From assembly GCA_028282585.1 (NCBI GenBank), contig JANQHR010000058.1:1-48987 (forward strand): DNA of 48,987 nt. The letters run 5' to 3'. Shown here piece after piece: positions 28,962 to 39,235 of the stretch (positions are counted from its first letter, which is position 1; each line of letters starts with the position of its first letter). Position numbers and translations under genes: made by a program. This DNA is from Bacteroidales bacterium. Lineage in GTDB: Bacteria > Bacteroidota > Bacteroidia > Bacteroidales > UBA12077. The notes below the pieces were generated by a model that saw only the letters and a program-made list of their open reading frames with translations, made no database searches and was not told the DNA's origin.

Positions 28962-31934
28962 CTAAGCAGATTCTACCTTAAGTCGTGTCGACGGTTCTTC
29001 CAAATTGATGTTAGCAAGCCTATATAATCCTGACACTTCGATGCTTAAAAAACCAAACTCATTAACCACCTTTCCCCTAATCAAGTAACAGCCTGGTCCG
29101 CGAAACGGATATTGTTGTACAATATTCGGAAATTGAACCGTATCAATCCAATGTCCGTCAAAATCGATAAAAACGCCAAAGCTCATGGATTTACCACCGC
29201 CAGTAAGTGTTTTTTTTACATGAACCAGGTAACCAACTATTTCAACATGTTTATTTATTAATTTTACGAGATCCCGAGCCACTAATCTTGTTTTTGGCAG
29301 TTCTTCAATGAGTTTGAATGGCGAAATGCTTGATGAAAAACCAATTAACTCCAACTCATCATAAGCTGGTTCTAAAGGATGAGTATATAGTTCCGGTAAC
29401 TTAAATTCTTTGGGTTTTTCATTGAATAAGGTTTTGGCTGGTTTTGTTTTTTTATTTTTCTTTAGTATAAAATGTGCATCCCATTGTAATTCTTTTTTGT
29501 TTTTACCGGTAAACCGAAAAGCGTTAATTCTTAAAAGAATGGTCAATTGTTCGAGAGAAACAGGTACACGTTTCATAAAATCACGTAAGTCCAGAAAATC
29601 TCCGTTTGTATAACGTTCTATCAATATGCTCCGAATGGTTTCCGTTTCAAGATGGTCAATCAAATTCAGCCCAATGTATATTAAATTTCCCTGAATTATA
29701 GTAATGTTTTCACTTTTATTAATACAAGGTGCTTCGATTTGTGCCCCATGCATTCTGGCTTCATGTACATATAGTTCCTTACGGTAAAAACCACCTCCAT
29801 TATTGATGGTAGCTACAATGTATTCTAAAGGATAATGTGCTTTAAGATACAGAGCCTGGTAACTTTCTACGGCGTACGATGCAGAATGACCTTTTGAAAA
29901 GGCATAATTAGCAAAACTTTCAATTTGTGTCCATACTCTTTGTACGATATGAAGAGGATATTTTTTTTGTTTACAATTGTAAAAAAACTTATCCCTTATT
30001 TTCCCAAACTCGTTACGTTGCTTGAATTTCCAGGACATACCGCGACGCAAAACATCAGCTTCGGCAAGTGTCAGGCCTGCAAAATAATGTGCAACTTTTA
30101 TTACGTCTTCCTGGTAAACCATAACTCCATAAGTTTCTTCCAAAAGATCATAAAGTTCGGGCATTTCTTGGTAAGCAGCTTCTCTTCTTTCCTGGTGCCG
30201 GTATCTTAAAATATATTCACGCATCATACCACTTTTAGACACTCCCGGCCGTATAATGGAGCTAGCCGCTACAAGTCTTATATAATCGTCTGCTTCGAGC
30301 TTTTTTAGTAACATACGCATAGCAGGAGATTCTACATAAAAGCAACCAATAGTTTTTCCCTGGCTAAGTAGGTTTTTAATTTTTTTATCTTTCTTAAATC
30401 GTTCTAAATCATGAATATCTACCTTATTACCTGTATTACTTTCTATTATCGCTAATGCATCTTCAATTTTGCTTAAACCGCGTTGCCCAAGAATATCAAA
30501 TTTAGCAAATCCAATATCTTCAGCTTCGAGCATGCTAAAATGTATGGTTGGAAAACCTTTAGGTGGCATAATTGTAGCTGTATAAGTACTTATAGGCTTT
30601 TCGGATATAATAATACCACTTGCATGAACGCTTAAATGACTTGGAAATCCATGTATCAGTTTGCTGTATTTCAAAACTAACTGCCCCATTTCATCAGTCT
30701 CGCTAAGATGTTTGACTTTTTGCAGTTTTTCTATTTCTTGTACAGGTAATCCAAAAACCTTTCCTATCTCACGGATCATCGAACGAAACTGGAATGTGAT
30801 GTATGTTCCGACCAGGGCCGTACGATCCCAGCCATGCTTGTCGAATAAGTATTTAGTGATATTGTTTCTATCGCGTGAAGCAAAATCTACATCAAAATCA
30901 GGCGGATTATTTCGGGCAGGATTAATAAAACGTTCAAAATATAAATCCAGTTCAATCGGGTCAACATCAGTAATGCGTAATAAATAGGCTATCATACTAT
31001 TGGCACCGCTACCACGACCAACATAATAGTAAGCTTTGCGCCTTGCATATTGAACCATATCCCAATTAATAAGGAAATATGAACAGAAGTTAAGTTCTTT
31101 AATAACCTTTAATTCTTTACTTATTCTGTCAAGTACTTCATCAGATGGTTCTTTGTAACGGTATTTTAAACCTTTATAGCTTTCACGAACCAAAAGCTTG
31201 TAATCTTCTTCGTGCGAACCTGTGTAAGTTTGCTTGTTTTTAGATTTTTTGAATTGAAAACGAATAGAACAATTATCAACTAACTTTCTTGTATTTTCTA
31301 TAATTTGTGGATAATCTTTAAAAAGTTCCTGAATATCATGATCTAAAAACATGATCTCATCAGGGTTTGCTTCTTCTGATTTGGGTAATCGGCTCAATAA
31401 TAGGTTTTTATCAATAGCCCTAAGCAAACGATGAATATTGAAATCTCTTTTGTGCCTGAATGTAACAGGCTGTAGTATAACCAGCTTATCTAAAGAATTT
31501 TTCCACTTTGAAAAAGCGAGTTTAGTTAATTGAGATGGCTTTACTCCTATGAATTCGTTTTTGTTTAATTTTTGGTAGTCGATATTTTCAAAAGGATAAA
31601 TAATAAATGCATCTGTAAAAACAGGTGCTTTTTTTTGAAAATCATCACCGGAATGCAGGTGTTGTGTTAAATGTTCGTTTAGCTGCTGAAATCCAGCGTT
31701 ATTTTGGGCTATTCCAATATATTGTTGTTGTACTTCATTTCTGAAATCAATGCCCAAAACAGGCTTTAATTGCTCTTTTTCGCATTGTCGTATAAAATCA
31801 AAACATGCCGAAGTATTATTAATATCCGAAAGCACAATTGAATTATAGTTTTTGGTTTTAGCTTCCTGCACCAATTGCTCAATGGAAATGGTTCCGAATT
31901 TGTAACTGAAGTATGTGTGGCAATTCAAAAGCAT
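28962..31934 (-). CDS. dnaE2: Error-prone DNA polymerase III alpha subunit
   Basis: PHP domain, GRGSGANS, PPDFDVD, KFDILG, FSKGHSASY; located in a lexA-dinB cassette. Confidence 0.9.
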   Translation of the reverse strand: MLLNCHTYFSYKFGTISIEQLVQEAKTKNYNSIVLSDINNTSACFDFIRQCEKEQLKPVLGIDFRNEVQQQYIGIAQNNAGFQQLNEHLTQHLHSGDDFQKKAPVFTDAFIIYPFENIDYQKLNKNEFIGVKPSQLTKLAFSKWKNSLDKLVILQPVTFRHKRDFNIHRLLRAIDKNLLLSRLPKSEEANPDEIMFLDHDIQELFKDYPQIIENTRKLVDNCSIRFQFKKSKNKQTYTGSHEEDYKLLVRESYKGLKYRYKEPSDEVLDRISKELKVIKELNFCSYFLINWDMVQYARRKAYYYVGRGSGANSMIAYLLRITDVDPIELDLYFERFINPARNNPPDFDVDFASRDRNNITKYLFDKHGWDRTALVGTYITFQFRSMIREIGKVFGLPVQEIEKLQKVKHLSETDEMGQLVLKYSKLIHGFPSHLSVHASGIIISEKPISTYTATIMPPKGFPTIHFSMLEAEDIGFAKFDILGQRGLSKIEDALAIIESNTGNKVDIHDLERFKKDKKIKNLLSQGKTIGCFYVESPAMRMLLKKLEADDYIRLVAASSIIRPGVSKSGMMREYILRYRHQERREAAYQEMPELYDLLEETYGVMVYQEDVIKVAHYFAGLTLAEADVLRRGMSWKFKQRNEFGKIRDKFFYNCKQKKYPLHIVQRVWTQIESFANYAFSKGHSASYAVESYQALYLKAHYPLEYIVATINNGGGFYRKELYVHEARMHGAQIEAPCINKSENITIIQGNLIYIGLNLIDHLETETIRSILIERYTNGDFLDLRDFMKRVPVSLEQLTILLRINAFRFTGKNKKELQWDAHFILKKNKKTKPAKTLFNEKPKEFKLPELYTHPLEPAYDELELIGFSSSISPFKLIEELPKTRLVARDLVKLINKHVEIVGYLVHVKKTLTGGGKSMSFGVFIDFDGHWIDTVQFPNIVQQYPFRGPGCYLIRGKVVNEFGFLSIEVSGLYRLANINLEEPSTRLKVESA

Positions 31935-32070
31935 AGCTTTTTACGGTAAAATGGTTAAAAAGGTAAAATCTATTCTGTTTTTATTTGTACTATATTTTAA
32001 TTTAATCGCCTATTTTTATTGTTACACAATTAGTTATGATTAAAAAAAATCATTTCAAAATTTTACTATT

Positions 32071-33285
32071 TTACACTCTCCGGTGTGCCGGAATTATGGG
32101 TGGTTGTCCGTTAAAGGGATTTGTCATATGTCCTATCCCTCTTGTTCCCATTGTATTTACACGCTTAATTGCATTTTGCCCATACCGGTTTCGGATTCGA
32201 TCCATTGCCTGGTAAAGATTTACCATTTCTGCTGTATCTTCAAAAAGGTTCATTTGATACGTTCCTGACAATAAATGACTGAAACGTACTCCAACTAATC
32301 GTACAAGAACTCTACGTTCGTACAACTGGTCGAAAAGTTCCATGGTAGTTTTAATTAGTGTATGGTCCAAAGATGTATATGGAATACGCTTTTGTCTTGT
32401 TCTGGTATCAAAGTCGGAATAACGCACTGTAACTGTAACACATGATGTTAGTTTGTTTCCGTTTCTTAAATAATAGGTCAGTTTTTCTGCCATCGCTGAC
32501 AAAATATTTTTTAGCTGTTGAATATCAATAGTATCCTTTTCAAGTGTTAAAGATGATGAAATGGACTTACGCTCGTGATAAGGAACAACCTCACTATTAT
32601 CAATTCCCTGGGCTTTTTTCCAAAGAACAACGCCATTCTTGCCCAAAACTCTATCCATGAGCTCTATAGGCATTTCTTGCACTGTTTTTACATATTTAAC
32701 ACCCATGTTGAGTAGTGTTTTATAAGTTTGATCTCCAACCATGGGTATTTTTTTTACAGCCAGTGGTGCTAAAAAAGGTTTTTCTGTTCCCTCCGGTATA
32801 TTAATATGATTATTTGGTTTAGCTTCATTTGTTCCTATTTTTGCTACAGTTTTGCTTGTCGAAAGTCCGAATGATATTGGCAAACTGGTTTCTTTAACAA
32901 TTTTTTGACGGAGTTCTTGTGCCCATTTGTAAGTTCCAAAGAACCTGTCCATTCCGGTTGCATCTATATAAAATTCATCAATAGAAGACTTTTCGTACAA
33001 TGGTGATTGTTCCTTAATAATTTCAGTAACCATATCGGAAAATTTGCTATAAATACCAGCATTTCCACGAATTACAGTTGCTTCAGGGCAAAGCATTTGT
33101 GCCATTCGCATAGGCATAGCTGAATGGATTCCATATTTCCGGGCTTCGTAACTACAAGCAGCCACAACTCCCCTTCCAGTGGTTCCTCCAACAAGTACAG
33201 GCTTACCATTCAGACTGGAATCGAGTAAGCGTTCGCATGACACAAAAAATGTGTCTAAATCAATATGAACTACAGACTTATGCAT
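32071..33285 (-). CDS. dinB: DNA polymerase IV (Y family)
   Basis: HIDLDTFFVSCE, CSYEARKYG, SIDEFY catalytic motifs intact. Confidence 0.92.
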   Translation of the reverse strand: MHKSVVHIDLDTFFVSCERLLDSSLNGKPVLVGGTTGRGVVAACSYEARKYGIHSAMPMRMAQMLCPEATVIRGNAGIYSKFSDMVTEIIKEQSPLYEKSSIDEFYIDATGMDRFFGTYKWAQELRQKIVKETSLPISFGLSTSKTVAKIGTNEAKPNNHINIPEGTEKPFLAPLAVKKIPMVGDQTYKTLLNMGVKYVKTVQEMPIELMDRVLGKNGVVLWKKAQGIDNSEVVPYHERKSISSSLTLEKDTIDIQQLKNILSAMAEKLTYYLRNGNKLTSCVTVTVRYSDFDTRTRQKRIPYTSLDHTLIKTTMELFDQLYERRVLVRLVGVRFSHLLSGTYQMNLFEDTAEMVNLYQAMDRIRNRYGQNAIKRVNTMGTRGIGHMTNPFNGQPPIIPAHRRV

Positions 33286-33344
33286 TTAAAATTCAAATAG
33301 TAGACCTCTATGATATTGCTTTTATTACGTCCTTTATTTAAAAG

Positions 33345-33977
33345 TTAGTAGTTAATTTTAGGTATAGTAGATACTACAACTCCTTGCACGATAAAATCTC
33401 TTGAGAGAATAATAGGTGTATGTGTTTTATTTGATGAACGTGGCAATAAAAGCACGTTATCATCATTTAACCTTAACTCCTTAATGGTTGCTTTATCATC
33501 AATTAAAGCAACAACAACATCACCATTATCAGCTGTATTTTGTTGCTTTACCAATACTAAATCACCATCGTTAATTCCTTTTTCGTTCATAGAATCACCT
33601 TTGGCTTTTAAAAGAAAATATTTATTGTTTGGCTTTGCTAATTTCGTTGAAACTGCAATCATAGCTTCTATGTTTTCTTCGGCTAAGATTGGCAAACCAC
33701 AAGCTATTGTTCCTAATAGTGGAACCTTTACTGTTTGCTCACTTGTTGTTTCTTCTGCATCAAATTCGTATTGCATAAACTGGATGCTTCCATCCTCTTT
33801 TTTATTCAGTATTTCTTTGTCGATTAATTGTTGCAAAATAACCGCTGCAGAACGTGGTGATTTATACCCCATTTCTTTCATTAATTCACGTACACTGGGC
33901 GTTCTTCCATTCTTCATCAGAAAATCACGCATAACACGCAATGCGGCTAATTCTTTATTTGAAATCGAATTTTCCAT
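33345..33977 (-). CDS. lexA: LexA repressor (winged HTH + S24 peptidase)
   Basis: PSVREL..MGYKSPRSA; VPLLGTIACG; GDSM; ATIK; start better at ATG 33977 (MENSIS). Confidence 0.9.
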   Translation of the reverse strand: MENSISNKELAALRVMRDFLMKNGRTPSVRELMKEMGYKSPRSAAVILQQLIDKEILNKKEDGSIQFMQYEFDAEETTSEQTVKVPLLGTIACGLPILAEENIEAMIAVSTKLAKPNNKYFLLKAKGDSMNEKGINDGDLVLVKQQNTADNGDVVVALIDDKATIKELRLNDDNVLLLPRSSNKTHTPIILSRDFIVQGVVVSTIPKINY

Positions 33978-34012
33978 ACACAAATATACACTAAAAATAC
34001 ATTACAAACAAA
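33977..34012 (-). promoter_or_regulatory. Bacteroidota promoter of lexA with overlapping TACAC repeats
   Basis: TTTG (34012-34009), 20 bp, TATATTTG (33988-33981), 3 bp, ATG; TACAC at 33977 and 33987, TACAT at 33998. Confidence 0.55.
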
Positions 34013-34132
34013 TATTTATTATTTATAAAAGTTAAGTTGTTGTTATACTTTATTTTAGATAATAATTTATTAAGTATACAGTTGTAAATGTTTTAAATTT
34101 TTTATCTTGTAAATTAATATAATAACAAGATA

Positions 34133-35053
34133 ATGTTTGAACCTTCATACCTTGAACTACAACGTTCCGGAGAATTAAAAAAACGGGCTGAAGATTTATG
34201 GTCCATACTTCAAAATTGTAAGCTTTGCCCGAGAGATTGTGAAGTAAACAGGCTGGAAGGTGAAACAGGTATATGTAAGGCTACGGCAGAACTAGAAGTT
34301 TCATCTTATAGTCCTCATTTTGGAGAAGAACGACCTTTGGTTGGAAGGAACGGTTCAGGAACCATTTTCTTTACAAACTGCAGCTTACGTTGCGTATTTT
34401 GCATTAATTGTGATATTAGTATAAGTGGTCAAGGAAGAATAACAACTATTAAAGAACTTGCTAATATTATGCTTTATTTGCAAGAATTAGGCTGTCATAA
34501 TATTAATACGGTTACTCCTACTCATTATTTACCTCATATTTTAAAAGCGTTGGATCTAGCAGCAAAGCATGGTTTAAAAATTCCATTGGTTTATAATACA
34601 AGTGGTTGGGAACATTTAGAAATTTTAAAACTATTAGATGGAATTGTCGATATATACCTGCCTGATTTTAAGTATATTGACTCTGATAATGCAAAGAAAT
34701 ATTCTGTTGGTGCAAACTCCTATCCAGAATTAACCAAACAGGCATTAATTGAAATGAACAAGCAGGTTGGAATTGCCAAGTCCAATTCAGAAGGTATCAT
34801 GCAAAAAGGTTTAATGATAAGGCATTTGGTAATGCCGGGAGATGTGAGTGGATCAAAAAAAGTTTTGCACTGGATTGCTGAAAACTTACCTAAAGAAACT
34901 TATATTAATATCATGTCTCAATACAGACCGGATTATAAAGCACTTGAATATCCAATAATTGCCAGATCATTAAATAATAAAGAATACAAAGATATCGTAT
35001 CGTATGCTCAAGAAATCGGATTGACAAACCTGGATATTCAAGGTTATTATTAA
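34133..35053 (+). CDS. Radical SAM protein, PflX-like
   Basis: CKLCPRDC, HFGEE, GSGTIFFTNCSLRCVFC, DIYLPDFKY, RHLVMPG. Confidence 0.9.
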   Translation: MFEPSYLELQRSGELKKRAEDLWSILQNCKLCPRDCEVNRLEGETGICKATAELEVSSYSPHFGEERPLVGRNGSGTIFFTNCSLRCVFCINCDISISGQGRITTIKELANIMLYLQELGCHNINTVTPTHYLPHILKALDLAAKHGLKIPLVYNTSGWEHLEILKLLDGIVDIYLPDFKYIDSDNAKKYSVGANSYPELTKQALIEMNKQVGIAKSNSEGIMQKGLMIRHLVMPGDVSGSKKVLHWIAENLPKETYINIMSQYRPDYKALEYPIIARSLNNKEYKDIVSYAQEIGLTNLDIQGYY

Positions 35054-35054
35054 C

Positions 35055-35624
35055 TTATTCCTTTATATTCATTTCAACTTCTTTACCTAGTAAATCTTCC
35101 AGTGCAAATGAGAATTTCATTTGTTTTCCAAATTCAACTGCTTCATTTAGTGAATATTCTTTATATTCAACTAAATAGGCCATAAAAAAGTAAGTTACCC
35201 TGCCGCAACTTCTGCAATGAATAAATACTTTTCCATCGTTCTCATTTAAAATTTCTGAAAATTGAGCAAGTGTTTCCGGATTATAAGAATCAGGATATGA
35301 AATAGGTAAAGAAATATATTTCATACCTTTTTCTTTTACCATATTTTCTTCGTTATATGCATAGTTAGCATAATCTTTATTTTCATCTTCTGTTCTTAAG
35401 TTTATAACTACATTTACTTCTTCCGATTTTAACCAATCCAATGATTCTAATGTAGGTTGTCCACCAAAATAGTAATTTCCGGATTTAAAAAAGTTTTTAA
35501 ATTCATCAATTTTAACAACAGGTTCTAATGCATCAAATTCCTTATTTGAATTTAGATTTTTAGAACTTAGCGTAAAACAAAATGTAAATAGTAAAATACT
35601 GGAAATAAAAAATTTTAATTTCAT
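35055..35624 (-). CDS. Secreted PTP-like / sulfur-transferase (DUF442-like) protein
   Basis: Signal peptide; GGQP, VINLR, HCRSCGR P-loop. Confidence 0.75.
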   Translation of the reverse strand: MKLKFFISSILLFTFCFTLSSKNLNSNKEFDALEPVVKIDEFKNFFKSGNYYFGGQPTLESLDWLKSEEVNVVINLRTEDENKDYANYAYNEENMVKEKGMKYISLPISYPDSYNPETLAQFSEILNENDGKVFIHCRSCGRVTYFFMAYLVEYKEYSLNEAVEFGKQMKFSFALEDLLGKEVEMNIKE

Positions 35625-35719
35625 AGGGCCAATAATTTAAATGATTATTATTGTTCAATATTACGCATTTATATTGGTAATGGCCTCTTAAAATTTGTGA
35701 ATGTTTGTTAATGGAAAAA

Positions 35720-37537
35720 TTATCCTGTATACTGAAGTTTGCTTAGGTTTTTATAAATGCCTTCTTTTTTACGCATTAATTCTTCATGAGTACCTTGCTC
35801 AATCAGTTTTCCCTTTTCTATTACAAAAATTTGATCTGCTTTTCGAATGGTTGATAATCGGTGAGCAATAACAATGGAGGTTCTACCCTTCATAAGTTTT
35901 TCCAAAGCATCCTGAACCAATCGTTCTGATTCAGAATCTAAAGAAGAAGTTGCTTCATCAAGAATTAATATTTTTGGATTTTTAAGTAAAGCTCTTGCAA
36001 TTGCGATACGTTGCCGTTGTCCTCCGGAAAGTTGAGTGCCCCTCTCTCCTACAACTGTATCCAACTTTTCAGGAAATCTTTTAATGAATTCCATAGCGTT
36101 TGCCTGTATTGCAGCTTCTTTGATTTCTTCTTCTGTTGCATTTGATTTTCCGTAAGTTATGTTTTCACGAATAGTTCCTCCAAAAAGAAAAATATCTTGT
36201 GGTACAAGCGATATTTGATACCTTAATGATGATAATTGAAATTCAGAAATTTTACGTCCATCAAATAGAATTTGCCCATTTTCAGATTTATACAATTGTA
36301 GTATTAACGAAGCGATTGTTGATTTGCCAGAGCCACTTGGTCCAACTAATGCAACAAGTTGATTTTCTTTAATTTGCAAATTAATGTTTTTTAAGACATC
36401 TTCATCGGGTCTTGATGGATAAGCAAATATTAAATTTTTAAATTCGATGTTACCTTTAATTTCATCTTTTGGATCAATTTTACAATCAATTTGTGATATG
36501 TTTTCTTCCTCTTCTTCAAAAATCTCAAATAAATCTTCAGTAGCTCCTATAAAACGTTGAATACGAGTATAAACGCTTGCTAATCCACCAATAGTTCCAC
36601 CTATAAAACCTGAATAGATAACAAAAGAAAAAAGTTCGCCGGCATCTATTATCCCTTCAGAAAGAAAAGTTGCACCTTTCCAGATAACAGCAACCATGGC
36701 TCCAAATAATCCCAAAATAATGAATGCAGAGAATGCCCCGTTATATCGCCCACTTTTCATTCCAATTTTAGCAATTTCTTCAGCACGTTTCTTGTAACGG
36801 CTAATTTCAAAAAATTCATTGGTGAACGTTTTTACACTTTGTATCCCTTGTAATGTTTCTTCCACTATGGTATTAGAGTCTGCTATCTTATTTTGTACCT
36901 GCTTAGAAAAACGACGTATAAAACGACCGAATACAACTGAAAGCAATGAGATTGCCGGTAAAATAGCCAACATAAAAAGAGTTAGTTTGATAGATGTAAT
37001 AACTAACAAACTAATTCCACCGATTATGATAATAATTTGCCTTATAAATTCAGCAAGTGTAGTTGTCATTGTTTCTTGTAATAAAGAAATGTCTGATGAA
37101 ATACGACTATTCAATTCACCAACCCGGCGTTTTTCAAAGAATCTCAATGGAAGTTTTATCAGGTGATTATAGGTATGTTGTCTTAAAGAGGCCAGTGATT
37201 TCTCTGTAACATTCACAAATAAAACTGTTCTGAAATATGAGAAGGTTGATTGCAAAACCAATGTTATAATAAGCAATAAACCGATGTAGTTCAGGTCCTC
37301 GTGAAGCCGGCCCTCATTTCCTGAATTTACGAGTTCTCCCAAAAGTTTTGGAAATGCCAAACTAGCTAAGCTAGAGCCTAATAAGAAAAACATTCCTATA
37401 ATATATTCAACTCTGTAAGGTTTAATGTATTTATATAATTTAAATGCATTGCTTAGACCTTCTCTGTTAATTTTTTTTCTAGGTATTTTATAAGATGGTG
37501 AATTGCGCATTAATCTATAATTTTTATAAATATACAA
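35720..37537 (-). CDS. ABC exporter, fused permease/ATPase (MsbA/ABCB-like)
   Basis: TM domain; GPSGSGKS, LSGGQRQR, ILDEATS, IAHRL. Confidence 0.93.
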   Translation of the reverse strand: MYIYKNYRLMRNSPSYKIPRKKINREGLSNAFKLYKYIKPYRVEYIIGMFFLLGSSLASLAFPKLLGELVNSGNEGRLHEDLNYIGLLLIITLVLQSTFSYFRTVLFVNVTEKSLASLRQHTYNHLIKLPLRFFEKRRVGELNSRISSDISLLQETMTTTLAEFIRQIIIIIGGISLLVITSIKLTLFMLAILPAISLLSVVFGRFIRRFSKQVQNKIADSNTIVEETLQGIQSVKTFTNEFFEISRYKKRAEEIAKIGMKSGRYNGAFSAFIILGLFGAMVAVIWKGATFLSEGIIDAGELFSFVIYSGFIGGTIGGLASVYTRIQRFIGATEDLFEIFEEEEENISQIDCKIDPKDEIKGNIEFKNLIFAYPSRPDEDVLKNINLQIKENQLVALVGPSGSGKSTIASLILQLYKSENGQILFDGRKISEFQLSSLRYQISLVPQDIFLFGGTIRENITYGKSNATEEEIKEAAIQANAMEFIKRFPEKLDTVVGERGTQLSGGQRQRIAIARALLKNPKILILDEATSSLDSESERLVQDALEKLMKGRTSIVIAHRLSTIRKADQIFVIEKGKLIEQGTHEELMRKKEGIYKNLSKLQYTG

Positions 37538-37666
37538 ACAGTTTTTTTATTTCAGTGTTCATCTTTTTGAGTTTAAAAAACTTGACAATGGAGGGTTGAA
37601 TTTCATAACTTTATAGGGCAAATTTTTCTCAAAAAACATTAGGGTTATTATCAAAAAGATTAGTTT

Positions 37667-37813
37667 ATGTCACACGAAAAGACCATTCACGACGGAAAAA
37701 AGAAAAAATCACCTTTAAAAAAGCTAAAGGAAAAAAGAGAGGAAAGAAAAGCTAGGCGCGAAGAAGTGAAAAAAGCGAGAAAACCACGCCGTAAGGTGAG
37801 TGTATCAACTTAA
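37667..37813 (+). CDS. Small Lys/Arg-rich protein (48 aa)
   Basis: Not in track: MSHEKTIHDGKKKKSPLKKLKEKREERKARREEVKKARKPRRKVSVST*, followed directly by a terminator. Confidence 0.7.
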   Translation: MSHEKTIHDGKKKKSPLKKLKEKREERKARREEVKKARKPRRKVSVST

Positions 37814-37814
37814 G

Positions 37815-37848
37815 TAGATTTCGCCTCAATTTATTGGGGCGAAATCTA
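37815..37848. terminator. Intrinsic (probably bidirectional) terminator
   Basis: tagatttcgcctcaat-tt-attggggcgaaatcta hairpin between convergent genes. Confidence 0.75.
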
Positions 37849-37883
37849 TTTATATCCATTAAATCAACTGCTTGTTAATTAAT

Positions 37884-39086
37884 TTACTTCTTTAAAAGAG
37901 CTTTTATAAAATCATCTCCTTTTAATAAGCCGTAGAAACCATTTTTAGTGGCTTCTTCATCATAAGTTAGTACTTTATCCGGTTTTTCATCAGGATGATA
38001 AATAATAAAAGGAACAGGATCATGCGTATGGGTTTTTAATTCGCATGGTGTCGGATGATCAGGAAGTAATGCTATAGCAACATCTTCGTTCATTTTTTTG
38101 GTTTCTTCCATAATATACTTTACAACTCGTTGATCAAGATATTCTATGGTCGTCTTTTTTAATTCATGATCACCTTCATGACCAGCTTCGTCACTTGCTT
38201 CAATATGCAAGTAAACCAAATCAACATTTTCTAAAGCATCAACTGCAGCTTTAGCTTTCCCCTCATAATTAGTATTATATAAACCGGTAGATCCCGGGAC
38301 TTTAATGGCCTGCATTCCTGCATATTTGCCAATTCCATATAGTAAATCCACAGCGGAGATCATGGCTCCGGAAATACCATACAATTCTTGTAAAGTGCTC
38401 ATTTCAGGTTTGTTTCCTGGTGACCATGGCCAAATAGAATTCCCCGGATCTTTACCTTCCGAAATTCTTTTTTTATTTACAGGATGATCCTTTAAAATTT
38501 CTTGAGACTTTAAAATAAGGTCATTCAGTAAATTAGCAGTAGAATTACCTTCGTCTTTGGCTTTTACCAAAACTTCCTTAAAAGGAGTTCCCGGTACATC
38601 ATGTGGAGGAGCACAGTCGATATTTGTTTCACCGTTTTTAATTACAAGCAAATGACGGTAACTTACTCCCGGGTAAAATTTAATTTTATCTGTTTCCAGC
38701 TCTTTTTGTAGAGTTTTAATAAGCTCGTGTGCTTCTTCATTGCTTATATGACCAGCTGAATGGTTCTTAATCTTCTCATCTTCAATGCATATGATATTAC
38801 AACGCATAGCTATATCATTATTGTCCAAATCGATACCCATGCTTGCTGCTTCCAGAACTCCACGACCTTGATATACTTTTTTTACATTATATCCTAAAAC
38901 AGCCATGTTTGCTATTTCACTTCCGGGAGGCATGTCATCCGGTACTGTTTTTAATTTACCGCATCTGCCTTTTTTACATAACTCATCAATATTAGGAGTA
39001 TTCGCAGCCATTAATGGTGTTTTATTACCAAACTCCTTTATAGGGTAATCTGCCATTCCATCGCCAAGTATAATTATGTATTTCAT
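37884..39086 (-). CDS. apgM: Cofactor-independent phosphoglycerate mutase-like protein (ApgM; proposed homoserine kinase subfamily)
   Basis: GDGMAD, PGSEIAN, GRGVLEA, DEAGHEGD, PDHPTP..TH. Confidence 0.85.
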   Translation of the reverse strand: MKYIIILGDGMADYPIKEFGNKTPLMAANTPNIDELCKKGRCGKLKTVPDDMPPGSEIANMAVLGYNVKKVYQGRGVLEAASMGIDLDNNDIAMRCNIICIEDEKIKNHSAGHISNEEAHELIKTLQKELETDKIKFYPGVSYRHLLVIKNGETNIDCAPPHDVPGTPFKEVLVKAKDEGNSTANLLNDLILKSQEILKDHPVNKKRISEGKDPGNSIWPWSPGNKPEMSTLQELYGISGAMISAVDLLYGIGKYAGMQAIKVPGSTGLYNTNYEGKAKAAVDALENVDLVYLHIEASDEAGHEGDHELKKTTIEYLDQRVVKYIMEETKKMNEDVAIALLPDHPTPCELKTHTHDPVPFIIYHPDEKPDKVLTYDEEATKNGFYGLLKGDDFIKALLKK

Positions 39087-39235
39087 GTGTTTTAGTCATT
39101 TGAAAATTGAAAATTGATTTATTTCGTACTATTTATATAAGCATTAAGTTTTGGTCCAAGTTCATTAATTATTTCAGTATATTTTTTTAATTTCAATTTT
39201 TTAGTTAATAATAGCTTGTAATTTTAAAATGTAGA

